A DNA stretch of 64,000 bases from Bacteroidales bacterium (GCA_003567205.1 PXAA01000123.1:9242-73241), one strand, 5' to 3'; shown: positions 42,945 through 54,014, numbered from the stretch's first letter. Program-made: numbers and translations. Notes: generated by a model from the sequence alone, not told the origin.

Positions 42945-44171
42945 ATGAAAATCCTAGTTCTCAATTGTGGCAGCTCTTCCATTAAGTATCAATTGATTGA
43001 TATGGCCAACAACGCTGAATTGCTGGCCAAAGGTTTACTCGAAAGAATTGGCCTTAAAGACAGTGAGTTCAAGCATCAGCCCAAGGGAAAAGACCCCTAT
43101 ATGCTGATTCAGGACGTAAAGAACCATGAAATTGGCATCAATCTGATATTAAAAGCATTGCTTGATCCCAAGCATGGTGTTATAAAAAGCGTAAATGATA
43201 TTATTGCAGTAGGGCACAGGGTGGCGCATGGTGGCGAAAAGTTTAGCGCCAGTGCGTTGATTACCAATGAAGTGAAGAAAAACATCAAAGAGGTTATTGA
43301 ACTTGCCCCACTGCACAACCCGGCAAACCTTAAGGGCATTGTGTCGATGGAAAAACTGGTCCCAAAAATTCCGCAGGTAGCTGTTTTTGACACGGCATTT
43401 CATCAGACCATTCCGCCGCACGCTTATATGTACGGGCTCCCGTATGAACTTTACGAGCGGGATAAGATCAGGCGTTATGGTTTCCATGGCACCAGTCATA
43501 AGTACGTATTCGAAAAGGCCTGCGATGCCCTGTTTATGCGCAAAGACCACGTAAAGGCCATCACCTGCCATTTGGGCAACGGCGCTTCAATTACCGCCAT
43601 TAAGAACGGGAAGTCAGTAGATACATCCATGGGGCTGACCCCAGTCGAAGGCCTGATCATGGGTACCCGCACAGGTGACCTGGACCTCGGTGCACTACTC
43701 TATATCATGAATAAAAAGGGACTTAGCATCGATGAGGCAAATAATCTGATCAACAAAAAGAGCGGGGTATTGGGTGTAAGTGGTGTATCATACGATATGC
43801 GTGACATTGAAAATGCTGCCTGGCACGAAGGCCATAAAAGGGCCCAGTTGGCACTGGATATGTATTTTTACCGGATCGTCAAGTATATCGGAGCATATGC
43901 TGCGGCCATGGGAGGTGTAGATCTGATCATATTCACCGGGGGTGTCGGCGAAAATGGACCCGAAACAAGGGAGGAAATATGCAAGAACCTGGAATTTATT
44001 GGGGTGGTTTTTGACACAGAGAAAAACACAGGGTTGCGCGGCAAACTGGAAATGATCTCCAAGCACGACTCAAAAGTGAAGGTCATGGTGGTTCCCACCA
44101 ATGAAGAACTGGTGATTGCACACGATACGCTCAGGGTTGTTACCCAGCACGACAACAACGACGTTATTTAG
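42945..44171 (+). CDS. ackA: Acetate kinase
   Basis: VLNCGSSSIK, GHRVAHGG, LAPLHNP, RYGFHGTSH, PTNEE. Confidence 0.97.
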   Translation: MKILVLNCGSSSIKYQLIDMANNAELLAKGLLERIGLKDSEFKHQPKGKDPYMLIQDVKNHEIGINLILKALLDPKHGVIKSVNDIIAVGHRVAHGGEKFSASALITNEVKKNIKEVIELAPLHNPANLKGIVSMEKLVPKIPQVAVFDTAFHQTIPPHAYMYGLPYELYERDKIRRYGFHGTSHKYVFEKACDALFMRKDHVKAITCHLGNGASITAIKNGKSVDTSMGLTPVEGLIMGTRTGDLDLGALLYIMNKKGLSIDEANNLINKKSGVLGVSGVSYDMRDIENAAWHEGHKRAQLALDMYFYRIVKYIGAYAAAMGGVDLIIFTGGVGENGPETREEICKNLEFIGVVFDTEKNTGLRGKLEMISKHDSKVKVMVVPTNEELVIAHDTLRVVTQHDNNDVI

Positions 44172-44198
44172 GATTACCCGGTACAAAAGGGCCTTGCT

Positions 44199-44982
44199 TT
44201 ATACCTGCGGGTATTTTTTAAGCAGTTCAAAAGGCTTCATCAGCAAATCGACATATTGTGCCCGCTGATAAGCATAAGGGTCTTTGACCCTGGCTTTGGA
44301 AAGTTTGCCTCGGAAATCATCCGGGCTGGCTGAGGTTAAACGGAAAGTGATGGTCTTGTGTTTTCAGATCGATATCCGGTTGAAACAACCTGTTAAACAA
44401 AACAAACCCGGCCACACCCTCTTTATCCATCCGGCGAATAAACGCCAGTGTGTTTGAATAAAAGGGACTCAACTTAACACTGATGGGAATACCCACCTTG
44501 CTTTTTACATCTTTAAGTATCTGTAATTGTTCTTTTTCCACATCGTCTGAAGACCTGTCAAAATTGCCCGGGTTGGCATAAAAGTTTAGTTCAAGCCCGT
44601 CTACACCGGTCTTTTCCATTTCCACGGCATAATCCACCCAGGTACCCGGATTGATACAGTTCAAACTGCCGATAACCGGTATATCCAGTGCTTTTTTAAT
44701 TTTTGAGAGTTTATCCAGGTGTTCTTCCGGTCCTGCATGCCTGATGCCCGGAAAAAGACTGATCATTTCAGCATGCCGTTCGGCATATTCACTGAGTTCT
44801 TCCTCCATTTGCAGGCTCTCCAGGTTTATCTACTCTTCAAACAACGATTTGAATACAATGGCCGATGCACCGGCATCTTCCATTTTCCTGGCCAGGTCTG
44901 TTTCCATGCTTAGATTGCAGGCACCAACCATCAGCGGGTTTTTCAGATCCAGACCCATGTAGTTAGTCGATAAATTTGCCAT
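44199..44982 (-). pseudogene. Dihydroorotate dehydrogenase-like protein with a nonsense codon and an internal deletion/frameshift
   Basis: MANLSTNYMGLDLKNP...KSLFEE then TAG at 44830-44832. The frame continues (GLELN, VKLSPFY, LFNRLFQPDID) to SQPG*. The C-terminus DDFRGKLS...RAQYVDLL...PQV* follows immediately in another frame. Confidence 0.85.
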
Positions 44983-45169
44983 ATTGCTTCTTATTTTTGG
45001 TTTTGGATTTAAAAGATAAATGTAAATATATATTCTGTTTTATACAACTTTTTACAAATGCCACCATTCATATCAATGATTATTCCAGTGAAATTGTTTG
45101 ATTGTTTGCCTTAATTTTTTTTCTTCATCATTTTTTTGTATTTTAGTTTCCCAGACAAAAAATGCAGTC

Positions 45170-46234
45170 ATGCAGAAGCATAACAGACGAAAATTTTTGC
45201 GTATCCTGGCCACATTGCCGGCAGCTACAATGGCCGGCAACCTTATGCTGAAAGGTGCTTTCCAAAACACCACACATGCGGCAAACACTGAAGCAATGCA
45301 CACAAAAAAACCCTCCTATGCCCCCAGGTATGTTGAATTGCACAAAACCGGTGAACTAAAGGCACGTGCAGAAATCCTTTACGAAAGAATGCGGCATTGC
45401 GATTTGTGTCCGCGCGATTGTGCAACAGACCGCTTACGTGGCCAACGCGGCAATTGCAATGCCAACGGCGATCTGGAGATCTCTTCGGCAAGCGCGCATT
45501 TTGGTGAAGAAGAAGAGCTTGTGGGGCAATTTGGTTCGGGGACCATCTTTTTCACGAATTGTTCCATGCATTGTGTGTTTTGCATCAATTATGAGATCAG
45601 CCAGCTCGGTCAGGGCCGGAAATACAATACCAGGCAACTGGCCAATATGATGCTTTTATTGCAGCGCCGGGGATGCCACAACATCAATGTTGTAACCCCC
45701 ACCCACTATGTACCGCATATTCTTTTCGCCCTCGACCGCGCAGTGCCCGACGGACTGAATATCCCCCTTGTTTACAACACCAGTGGCTGGGAAAAAACCG
45801 ACATCCTGGAGTTTCTGGATGGGGTGGTGGATGTATACCTGGCAGACTTCAAATATGCCGACCCCCAGGCAGCAAACATTTATTCGCCGGGGGCTGTGCG
45901 CTATCCCGAAGTGGCTCAAAAAGCAATGCTCGAAATGAACAGGCAGGTGGGTGTCGCCCATGCCGATCCCAATAGCGGTCTGATGAATCAGGGGTTGATG
46001 ATCCGCCACCTGGTAATGCCCGACAATGTGGCAAGAAGCGACCGGGTGTTGCGCTGGATTGCCAATAACCTGCCCAAAGACACTTACGTAAACATCATGT
46101 CGCAATATACGCCCATGTTCAAAGCCTTTGATCATTCGGAGATCGCCAGGCGGATCACACGCTCTGAATACAATAATGCAGTGGGAATAGCAAGAAGTGC
46201 CGGCCTAACAAATCTCCGCCTGCAAATGCGGTAA
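45170..46234 (+). CDS. PflX-like radical SAM protein with a twin-arginine-like N-terminus
   Basis: NRRKFLR followed by a hydrophobic stretch; CDLCPRDC, GSGTIFF, CSMHCVFC (CxxxCxxC), NINVVTPTH, RHLVMP. Confidence 0.88.
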   Translation: MQKHNRRKFLRILATLPAATMAGNLMLKGAFQNTTHAANTEAMHTKKPSYAPRYVELHKTGELKARAEILYERMRHCDLCPRDCATDRLRGQRGNCNANGDLEISSASAHFGEEEELVGQFGSGTIFFTNCSMHCVFCINYEISQLGQGRKYNTRQLANMMLLLQRRGCHNINVVTPTHYVPHILFALDRAVPDGLNIPLVYNTSGWEKTDILEFLDGVVDVYLADFKYADPQAANIYSPGAVRYPEVAQKAMLEMNRQVGVAHADPNSGLMNQGLMIRHLVMPDNVARSDRVLRWIANNLPKDTYVNIMSQYTPMFKAFDHSEIARRITRSEYNNAVGIARSAGLTNLRLQMR

Positions 46235-46358
46235 AAATGGCGCGGGAGGAGTCAAGGGCAGACACCTCCCGCAACTTTCTACCACCAAAACAAAAACAAC
46301 ATTAACCAGTAAACAAAACCATCCAAAACTGATAGAAAGCCAAATTCGTTTCGAACAG
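46235..46358 (-). ncRNA. Candidate small RNA (promoter-like site, stem-closed U/G-rich loop, GC hairpin)
   Basis: Minus strand: TTTG-N20-TAAATTG, a 10-bp stem around a 45-nt U/G loop, then GCGGGAGG/CCTCCCGC hairpin and T5. Confidence 0.35.
46242..46272. terminator. GC-rich hairpin between convergent genes
   Basis: GCGGGAGG...CCTCCCGC. Confidence 0.65.
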
Positions 46359-46421
46359 CGTTACAATTTAGTGAATTTTTTATTTTTCCCCAAATATTTT
46401 TCCGTTTTTTTTCAAAAAAAA

Positions 46422-47084
46422 TCACCACCTGCCACCACGGTGGAACGGCATGGGGCTGTGGAAAGCCCCGAACGGAGATCGGTTAAAATGCAATGGTGAA
46501 TAGGGGTCAAAGCCCGAGGAGAAATTGACCTCTGCCCCAAAACGCAAGTTTTCCGAAACCCGGTAATCAAAACCAAGCATCATCCCCCGGGGGTTTTGCT
46601 GAAAAGCATAAGGGTTCATCGGACTGTCTTTCATATCATATTCCGATCGTTCTATCCATGTTGCCCCGACAAGACTTAATCGCGGGTTGACCTGATAGGT
46701 GCCAACAGCGTATGCCGTGCTGGAAAACAAACTTCCACCCTGACCAGCATACATCTGCTCACCACCAGCCATATGCGGGGCGAAAGGAAAGGTTCCTTGC
46801 ATGAGATCCGTACGGGTGGTGGAAAAGATTGTTCCCACCTCCAGGTGAAAATTCCGGCCAAGGCCCCAATTGATTTGCGGTGCAATAGAATGCCTAAAAA
46901 AATTGCCTGCCGACCCGGCTGTTGTAAAGCTGCTGCCAAATTGCAGAGAAAAATCGGGGGAGGTAGAAAAAACAGGCTCCCTGTCATTAAAATAGTCACC
47001 TGCTGCCTCCTGCGCAGGCAATGGAGAAGCCAGCAAAAGGAAAAATGCCAGGGTGAGGCCGATGATGGTGTGCTGTACTTTCAT
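46422..47084 (-). CDS. Hypothetical exported protein, beta-barrel-like
   Basis: Signal peptide, alternating beta strands (GFDYRVSENLRFGAEV). TATATTTG -7 box at 47104-47111 on the minus strand. Confidence 0.7.
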   Translation of the reverse strand: MKVQHTIIGLTLAFFLLLASPLPAQEAAGDYFNDREPVFSTSPDFSLQFGSSFTTAGSAGNFFRHSIAPQINWGLGRNFHLEVGTIFSTTRTDLMQGTFPFAPHMAGGEQMYAGQGGSLFSSTAYAVGTYQVNPRLSLVGATWIERSEYDMKDSPMNPYAFQQNPRGMMLGFDYRVSENLRFGAEVNFSSGFDPYSPLHFNRSPFGAFHSPMPFHRGGRW

Positions 47085-47223
47085 ATGATCCTTATTTTCA
47101 TTACAAATATACACGAATATAGTGGTTTGTCCAAATGCTTTTGGTTTATCGCTTGTTTTACATACGATCATTCATTAAATTTACACCCTTCAGACCCTCT
47201 GAAATTACCTAAATCATCTACCA

Positions 47224-47979
47224 ATGAAAAAGAAATACAAATACGGCCTTGTACTCAGTGGCGGGGGCACCCGAGGTTTTGCACACCTGGGGGCGATCAA
47301 GGCTTTGGAAGAAAGCGGGATCAAACCAGACATTATCTCCGGGGTCAGTGCCGGAAGCATTGTCGGGGCCCTCTACGCCGACGGACAGGATGCAGATAAA
47401 GCACTTAAAGCCCTGATCAGCAAAAACCTTCTCGGCTTTTTAGGGCTGATGTTCCCTAAAACAGGGCTGCTAAAAATGACCGGTTTCGAAAGAACACTGA
47501 AAAAAGCCTTGCGGGCCAAACGCTTTGAAGACCTCAGCATCCCGCTGATCATACATGCGGTTAATATCAACAAGGTGGAATACACCCGGTTCGACAAAGG
47601 CGACCTAATACAAGCCATCAAGGCTTCGTCCTCCATACCTATTGTGTTTCCGCCCGTTGAAATTGACGGATGCCTGTATCTGGACGGAGGCCTTGTAAAT
47701 AATTTCCCGGTGGAACCCCTGGTGGATATATGTGACACCATTATTGGCATAAACGTAAATCCCCTTGGAGAAGATTTCAAGATTGGCAATCTGAAAACCA
47801 TCGCCATCCGTTCATTTCACCTTTCGATGCGGAACCACGCCGAAAGCCGAAAAGACAAATGCGACATTTACATTGAACCGGAAGGGTTGGAGTATTTTGG
47901 TATCCTGGACCTTTCAAGCGCCGAAAAAATCTTTGAGTTAGGCTATAAAAAAACACTGGAAGTGCTGAAAAAGAAATAA
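47224..47979 (+). CDS. Patatin-like phospholipase
   Basis: [16 protein letters not shown]. Confidence 0.93.
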   Translation: MKKKYKYGLVLSGGGTRGFAHLGAIKALEESGIKPDIISGVSAGSIVGALYADGQDADKALKALISKNLLGFLGLMFPKTGLLKMTGFERTLKKALRAKRFEDLSIPLIIHAVNINKVEYTRFDKGDLIQAIKASSSIPIVFPPVEIDGCLYLDGGLVNNFPVEPLVDICDTIIGINVNPLGEDFKIGNLKTIAIRSFHLSMRNHAESRKDKCDIYIEPEGLEYFGILDLSSAEKIFELGYKKTLEVLKKK

Positions 47980-47983
47980 ATAT

Positions 47984-49462
47984 ATGGCAAAGAAAGCATT
48001 ATACATATACAACTCCCTCACACGCAAACGGGAGGAGTTCTCCCCGCTGAACCACCCATTTGTCGGATTATACGTTTGCGGACCCACCGCTTACGGAGAT
48101 GCCCATCTGGGGCATGCGCGGCCGGCAGTGACTTTTGACCTGGTGTTCCGCTACCTTAAACACCTTGGATACAAAGTACGTTACGTGCGTAATATCACCG
48201 ATGTGGGGCACCTTGAAAGCGATGCCGACCTGGGCGAAGACAAAGTCCTGAAAAAAGCCAGGCTGGAACAACTGGAGCCCATGGAGGTGGTACAATACTA
48301 CTCCGACCGTTATCATGCCGATATGGACAAATTGAATGTGCTGAAACCAAGCATAGAACCCAGGGCTTCGGGACACATTATTGAGCAAATCGGGATGGCC
48401 CAGGCCATATTGGATGCAGGGTTTGCCTATGAGGTAAATGGCTCGGTGTATTTCGACGTGCAAAAATACAACCGGGAACATCATTACGGGAAGCTCAGTG
48501 GCAGGTCGGTCGATGATATGATATCCGGAGGCCGCCAGCTAAACGGGCAAACAGAAAAGCGCTACCCGGCCGATTTTGCTCTCTGGAAAAAAGCAGGCCC
48601 GGGCCACATCATGCGCTGGCCGTCTCCCTGGGGTGAAGGTTTCCCCGGCTGGCACCTGGAATGTTCTGCCATGAGTGCCAAATACCTTGGTGAAGCGTTT
48701 GATATCCACGGAGGGGGCATGGACCTTCTGTTCCCGCACCATGAATGCGAAATCGCCCAGTCCAAAACCGCTTTCGGGAAAGATACCGTTCGCTACTGGA
48801 TGCACAACAATATGGTTACCATCAACGGGCAGAAGATGGGAAAATCGCTGGGCAACTTCATCACTCTCCGCGAATTCTTCGAAGGCAGCCACAAGGCGCT
48901 AAGCAGGGCTTTCGAACCCATGACCATTCGCTTTTTTATTCTTCAGGCACATTACAGGAGTACCCTGGATTTCAGCAATGAAGCATTGGAAGGGGCCGAA
49001 AAAGGCCTGAGAAGGCTGTTGCAGGGCATGGAAACACTAAACAGGCTGGAGGCCTCCGAAATTTCTTCCGTTGACCTGAGTGCCCTGCCGGACAAATGCC
49101 ATGAAGCCATGCTTGATGATTTCAACAGCCCCATGGCCATCGCCCATCTGTTTGACGCGGTAAAAAGTATCAACGCAGTAAAAGAAGGGCAAGCCACATT
49201 AAGCGGATCCGATTTGGAGCTGCTGCGTAAAACCTTCTGTGACTTTGTAGTGGAGATCTTTGGGCTTACACAGCAACAAGCAATGGGCGAAGCACATAAC
49301 AAAGAGATCATTCATGGATTGATGGAGGTCCTGCTGGATTTGCGGCAAAATGCCCGCCGGCAAAAAGACTGGGCCACAGCCGACAAACTACGGGATGCCC
49401 TTCAAAGGCTGCATATCACTGTAAAAGATGGCAAGGACGGGGCAAGCTGGGAAATTGAATAA
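47984..49462 (+). CDS. cysS: Cysteine-tRNA ligase
   Basis: YVCGPT, HLGH, PGWHLEC, DIHGGG, KMGKS. Confidence 0.97.
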   Translation: MAKKALYIYNSLTRKREEFSPLNHPFVGLYVCGPTAYGDAHLGHARPAVTFDLVFRYLKHLGYKVRYVRNITDVGHLESDADLGEDKVLKKARLEQLEPMEVVQYYSDRYHADMDKLNVLKPSIEPRASGHIIEQIGMAQAILDAGFAYEVNGSVYFDVQKYNREHHYGKLSGRSVDDMISGGRQLNGQTEKRYPADFALWKKAGPGHIMRWPSPWGEGFPGWHLECSAMSAKYLGEAFDIHGGGMDLLFPHHECEIAQSKTAFGKDTVRYWMHNNMVTINGQKMGKSLGNFITLREFFEGSHKALSRAFEPMTIRFFILQAHYRSTLDFSNEALEGAEKGLRRLLQGMETLNRLEASEISSVDLSALPDKCHEAMLDDFNSPMAIAHLFDAVKSINAVKEGQATLSGSDLELLRKTFCDFVVEIFGLTQQQAMGEAHNKEIIHGLMEVLLDLRQNARRQKDWATADKLRDALQRLHITVKDGKDGASWEIE

Positions 49463-49479
49463 TTTGTATATTATTAAGC

Positions 49480-49617
49480 ATGAATGCAGCACCTGCCACA
49501 GATAAGCACGAGTTATACCTGAACCATATTCTGAAAGGAAATTGCCGGGACGCGTCGAACCTGGTGAAACAGTGGATCGGCCAACAACTGTCTGTAAGAG
49601 ACCTTTATGAAATGGGT
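49480..49617 (+). pseudogene. Probable N-terminal fragment of a cobalamin-binding (B12-binding_2 cap) protein
   Basis: LYLNHILKGNCRDASNLVKQWIGQQLSVRDLYE resembles the helical cap; similarity stops and the ORF runs into the convergent tolC end. Confidence 0.45.
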
Positions 49618-49659
49618 TCTTCGGAAGTCCGGCGTACTTCAATTCCCAAAAAGAGAAAT

Positions 49660-50979
49660 CTACAAGTATTCCAGTATCCTTCCCGAAAGATGCAATAGGG
49701 ATATCTCCGCCAGCTTGGCCTGGTATTGAATGGACACAAGCCTTTCTTCCGCCTCCAGGAGGTTCTTCTGAACTTCCCGCAATTCAATCCCCGACAGATC
49801 ACCCAGGCGATAACGTTCCATGGCAATATCAAGTGTCTCATAGGCCACGCCAAGGTTTTGTGATTCCATCTCTATCAGGCGCAAATTATTCAGGTAAATA
49901 TTGTAGGTGGTGATCAGACTCGACATCAGGCTGTTCTCGGTGTCTTCATAACGCAGGCGGCTGTTCTCGACCGCTATGGTGGCATTGTTTACCCGGCGGC
50001 GCTGGTTAAACCCGTCAAACAGGTTAATCCCAAAGGTAATGCCATAATTCATCCCGTACGTTTGCTGGTCACTGAATGTGCCCGATTGAAAGGTGTTGTG
50101 CGAAAAAGCATAAGCCGAACTCAGGTTCACGTAAGGGTATGCCTGGGAAGAAGCAATCCGCCGGTCATACCCGGAAACCGTTTTGTCATTTTCAGCAAGC
50201 CGCATGGCTGTATTATTCTTTCTTGCAGAAGCTTCAAGGGTCTCAAAAATCAGGATGTCATTCAGGGGAATAATGGTATCTGTGGGTTGCAGGTTGAAAC
50301 GCAGGTTTTCCATGGCCATCAGTTCATTCAGGCGGATACGGGAAGCCCTGACCACTTCTTCCTGCCTGGTCATCCGGGAGCTGTCGGCATTCAAAAAAAC
50401 CTCTGCCTGAAGGAGTTGCAGTTTAGAGCCAGATCCCAGCAAAAAACGCTCCTCATCAATGCGAACCCGTTCCCGCGACAAGTCAACGGCAAACTTCAGG
50501 TTGTTGAGCAGCCGTTGCTGCTGGATCAGGTTAAAGTACTCGGAGGTGAGGCTTGCCACCAGGTGTTCAATGGCCATCCGGGTATTCAACTCCCCCATCT
50601 CTTTCAGTGCCGCCAGTTTGTCGTAGGTGATCTGCACACGGAAACCGTCAAATATGGTCCAGCCAAGGCCTACATTGGCATTGGCCACCGTGTTGTGAAT
50701 GTTCCGCAAAGCGGTTTCGTTGCCGTCAAAATCTGTCCGGCCGGTATTGTTGTATGTTCCGGAATACTGGGTGCGCAAATCAACAGAAGGCAGAAATCCG
50801 GCATTGCCGAGGCTGTAATTGTTGGCAGATATCTGCTGATTATTTCTTGCCATCCGGATGGAATAATTGTTTTCCAGTCCGATGGAAATCACATCCTGCA
50901 GGCTCAACGACTGCTGGGCGTGGAGGCCGGTAGCCACACATAAGATAAACGCATTAAGAATCAACTGCTTGAAATTCAT
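49660..50979 (-). CDS. TolC family outer membrane efflux protein
   Basis: Signal peptide, LENNYSI, GFLPSV, IFDGF, RYRLG; last gene of the RND operon. Confidence 0.92.
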   Translation of the reverse strand: MNFKQLILNAFILCVATGLHAQQSLSLQDVISIGLENNYSIRMARNNQQISANNYSLGNAGFLPSVDLRTQYSGTYNNTGRTDFDGNETALRNIHNTVANANVGLGWTIFDGFRVQITYDKLAALKEMGELNTRMAIEHLVASLTSEYFNLIQQQRLLNNLKFAVDLSRERVRIDEERFLLGSGSKLQLLQAEVFLNADSSRMTRQEEVVRASRIRLNELMAMENLRFNLQPTDTIIPLNDILIFETLEASARKNNTAMRLAENDKTVSGYDRRIASSQAYPYVNLSSAYAFSHNTFQSGTFSDQQTYGMNYGITFGINLFDGFNQRRRVNNATIAVENSRLRYEDTENSLMSSLITTYNIYLNNLRLIEMESQNLGVAYETLDIAMERYRLGDLSGIELREVQKNLLEAEERLVSIQYQAKLAEISLLHLSGRILEYL

Positions 50980-53900
50980 CTTTTATATTTTTTGAGTCTG
51001 AAGATATATAAGAATAAACGGCAGGTACCACAAAAAGGGTCAGAAAGGTCGAAAGAATTAATCCGCCAGTTACAGCTATACCCATGGCCATACGGCCCTC
51101 AGCACCATCGCCGAACCCCAATGTCAGCGGCATTACACCCAATATGGTCGACAAACTGGTCATCAGGATTGGCCTGAAACGCGCAGCAGCGGCATATTTG
51201 ATGGCTTCCATTTTCACCATGCCGGCTTGTTTGCGCTGATTGGCAAATTCCACCATCAGGATGCCGTTCTTTGACACCAGCCCGATCAGCATAATGATGC
51301 CGATCTGACTGAATATGTTCATGGTGATGCCGAAATACCACATAAAAACCAGGGCACCGGTCATGGCAAGCGGTACGGTCATCATCACAATAAACGGGTC
51401 TTTAAAACTTTCAAATTGTGCCGACAATACCAAAAAGATGAGGATAATGGCCAGAACAAAGGCAAACACCAGGCTGGAAGAACTTTCCTGGTAGTCCTTA
51501 GAGTCGCCGGCCAGTGCCGTCCTGAAGGTCTCGTCCAGCACTTCATCGGCGATCTTATCCATTTCGGTAATGCCCTCGCTGATGGTTCTGCCGGGGGCCA
51601 GGTTGGCCGAAACCGTCGCCGACACAAAACGGTTGTAACGATAGAGTTGGGGCGGCGCAGTGTGTTCCCGCAAGGTCACCAGGTTGTCTAACTGGATCAT
51701 ATCGCCGCTATTGCTGCGAACATACAGTGATTTTAAATCGAGCGGGGTGTTCCTGTCTTCGCGGCGCAGTTCTCCAAGTACCTGGTATTGCTTACCGTGC
51801 ATAAAGAAATACCCGAAACGTTGACCGCTCAGGGCCAGCTGCAGGGTTTGCCCGATGTTTTGTGTCGAAACGCCCATGGCATTGGCCTTGTCGCGGTCAA
51901 TATGAATCTGCATCTCCGGAAGATTGAAGCGCAGGTTTACATCGGCCATCTGCAAAATGGGATTGTCATTGACTTTTTCCATAAACTCGGGCAGCACATC
52001 CCTCAGCCGGTCAATGCTCTGGGCCTGCAACACATATTGTATCGGCCGGCCCGACCGGCGGCCACCAAAAGTAGATTGCTGGTTCACAAAAGCGATGGCC
52101 CGTGTCTTGTCGCGCAGCACAACGGAAAGCCGGTTGGCGACATCCTGTTGGCTTGCCTCTCTTTGATTGGGCCTTTTGAGCATAACACGCACATTTGACC
52201 AGCCGCCAAATACCATGGAAGTGATAGACTCCCTTTCAGGCACCAGCTCCTCAGCCAAATCGGCAATATCATCAATATAATCGCGCATGAACTCATAGGT
52301 AGTCCCTTCAGGCGCCCGGGCATTGATGGTCAGCATCGACCGGTCTTCCAGTGGTGCCATTTCACCCGGGATATTGCTGTACAGCAACACGACCATCCCG
52401 GCTGCTGCAAACAAAATGACAATAGCCAGCCAGCGACGGGCTAAAAAACGATCCAGGGCATTGGTATACAATTGGTTCAACCTTTTGAAAAATCCTTCTG
52501 TCCGGGTATAAAACCGTCCTTTTTTGGTGCGTTGCTTGAGTATCTTGGTGGAAATCATGGGGGTAAAACTCAGGGCAACAAAGGAAGAGATCAGCACGGC
52601 ACCCGCAATCACAATGCTGAACTCCCTGAACAACCGGCCTGTCATTCCCTCCAGGAAAACGATGGGAAAGAAGACCGCCACCAGGGTGATGGTTGTGGCA
52701 ATAATGGCAAAGAATATTTCTTTGGAACCAGCCAGACCCGCCTCAATGGGGGTCATGCCCTTTTCCACTTTAACGTAAATGTTCTCCATCATTACAATGG
52801 CATCATCCACCACCAGCCCAATGGCCAGTACGATGGCCAGCAGGGTGAGTACATTAACGCTAAATCCGGCCACATACATAATAAAAAATGAACCGATCAG
52901 TGAAACGGGTATGACCAGCACCGGGATGATGGTAGTGCGCCAGTCGCGCAAAAACAAAAAGATAATGATCACCACCAGAATAAAGGCAATAAAAATGGTG
53001 TTGCTTACCTCCCGTATAGATGAACGGATAAAATCCGTATTGTCAAATCCAATATTGATGGCGACATCATCGGGTATATCCCTTTTGATATGTTCCAGGC
53101 GGCGATAAACCTCATCGGCAATATCAATATGGTTGGAGCCTGGCTGCGGAACGATGGCATTGCCCACCAGGGGAACCCCATCGCGACGGACAATTCCACG
53201 CAGATCTTCAGGTCCGAGTTCGGCACGCCCGATGTCCCTGAAGCGGACCACACGGCCGTTATCTTCACTGATAATCATATTGTTGAATTCATCCGGGGTG
53301 GACATCAGCCCAAGGGTCCGTATGGTAAGTTGCACGGTATTTCCTTCAATGCTTCCTGACGGGAACTCTACATTTTCTCTCAACAGGGCATTTCTTACAT
53401 CCAGCGGGGTGAGTCCGTAGCCGGCCATCTTGGCAGGATCGAGCCACAAACGCATGGCATAGCGCTTTTGGCCCCAAATGTGGATTCCGCTGACACCCGG
53501 GATGGTCTGCAATTGTTCACGTAGGGTAAGTTCAGCAATTTCAGACAGTTCCAGCAGGTTCCGGGTTTCGCTCTCCACGGTTACAAACATGATGGGACTG
53601 GCATCGGCATCGGCTTTGGAAACGATGGGCGGATCTACATCCCTGGGCAGCCTGCGCTGCGCCTGGGCTACCTTGTCACGCACGTCATTGGCAGCGGTTT
53701 CCATATCCACGCTTAATTCAAACTCAACAGTGATATTGCTGCTTCCCTGGCGGCTCACACTGGTAATGGTCCGGATCCCGGGCACGGCGTTGATGGCTTG
53801 CTCAAGGGGTTCTGTAATTTGTGTCTCAATTACATCTGAATTGGCCCCGGGATATGATGTGCGAACCGATATAATCGGCGGATCCACGCTGGGAAACTCC

Positions 53901-54004
53901 CGCACGCCGAGATAAGTCATCCCGATAAATCCGAACAACAGGATGACAATGGTAAATACGGAGGCCAATACAGGCCTTTGAATGCTTAATGATGAAAGAC
54001 TCAT
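50954..54004 (-). CDS. RND efflux permease (AcrB/CusA superfamily)
   Basis: 1016 aa; GLVVDDAIV, KNGILMVEFANQ, RFRPILMT. Confidence 0.96.
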   Translation of the reverse strand: MSLSSLSIQRPVLASVFTIVILLFGFIGMTYLGVREFPSVDPPIISVRTSYPGANSDVIETQITEPLEQAINAVPGIRTITSVSRQGSSNITVEFELSVDMETAANDVRDKVAQAQRRLPRDVDPPIVSKADADASPIMFVTVESETRNLLELSEIAELTLREQLQTIPGVSGIHIWGQKRYAMRLWLDPAKMAGYGLTPLDVRNALLRENVEFPSGSIEGNTVQLTIRTLGLMSTPDEFNNMIISEDNGRVVRFRDIGRAELGPEDLRGIVRRDGVPLVGNAIVPQPGSNHIDIADEVYRRLEHIKRDIPDDVAINIGFDNTDFIRSSIREVSNTIFIAFILVVIIIFLFLRDWRTTIIPVLVIPVSLIGSFFIMYVAGFSVNVLTLLAIVLAIGLVVDDAIVMMENIYVKVEKGMTPIEAGLAGSKEIFFAIIATTITLVAVFFPIVFLEGMTGRLFREFSIVIAGAVLISSFVALSFTPMISTKILKQRTKKGRFYTRTEGFFKRLNQLYTNALDRFLARRWLAIVILFAAAGMVVLLYSNIPGEMAPLEDRSMLTINARAPEGTTYEFMRDYIDDIADLAEELVPERESITSMVFGGWSNVRVMLKRPNQREASQQDVANRLSVVLRDKTRAIAFVNQQSTFGGRRSGRPIQYVLQAQSIDRLRDVLPEFMEKVNDNPILQMADVNLRFNLPEMQIHIDRDKANAMGVSTQNIGQTLQLALSGQRFGYFFMHGKQYQVLGELRREDRNTPLDLKSLYVRSNSGDMIQLDNLVTLREHTAPPQLYRYNRFVSATVSANLAPGRTISEGITEMDKIADEVLDETFRTALAGDSKDYQESSSSLVFAFVLAIILIFLVLSAQFESFKDPFIVMMTVPLAMTGALVFMWYFGITMNIFSQIGIIMLIGLVSKNGILMVEFANQRKQAGMVKMEAIKYAAAARFRPILMTSLSTILGVMPLTLGFGDGAEGRMAMGIAVTGGLILSTFLTLFVVPAVYSYISSDSKNIKDEFQAVDS

Positions 54005-54014
54005 TGTTTGTCGA

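Noticed and set aside
44830..44832. TAG readthrough or alternative genetic code
   Set aside because: The same gene also has a frameshifting deletion, and TAG ends intact genes such as ackA and both ArsR genes.
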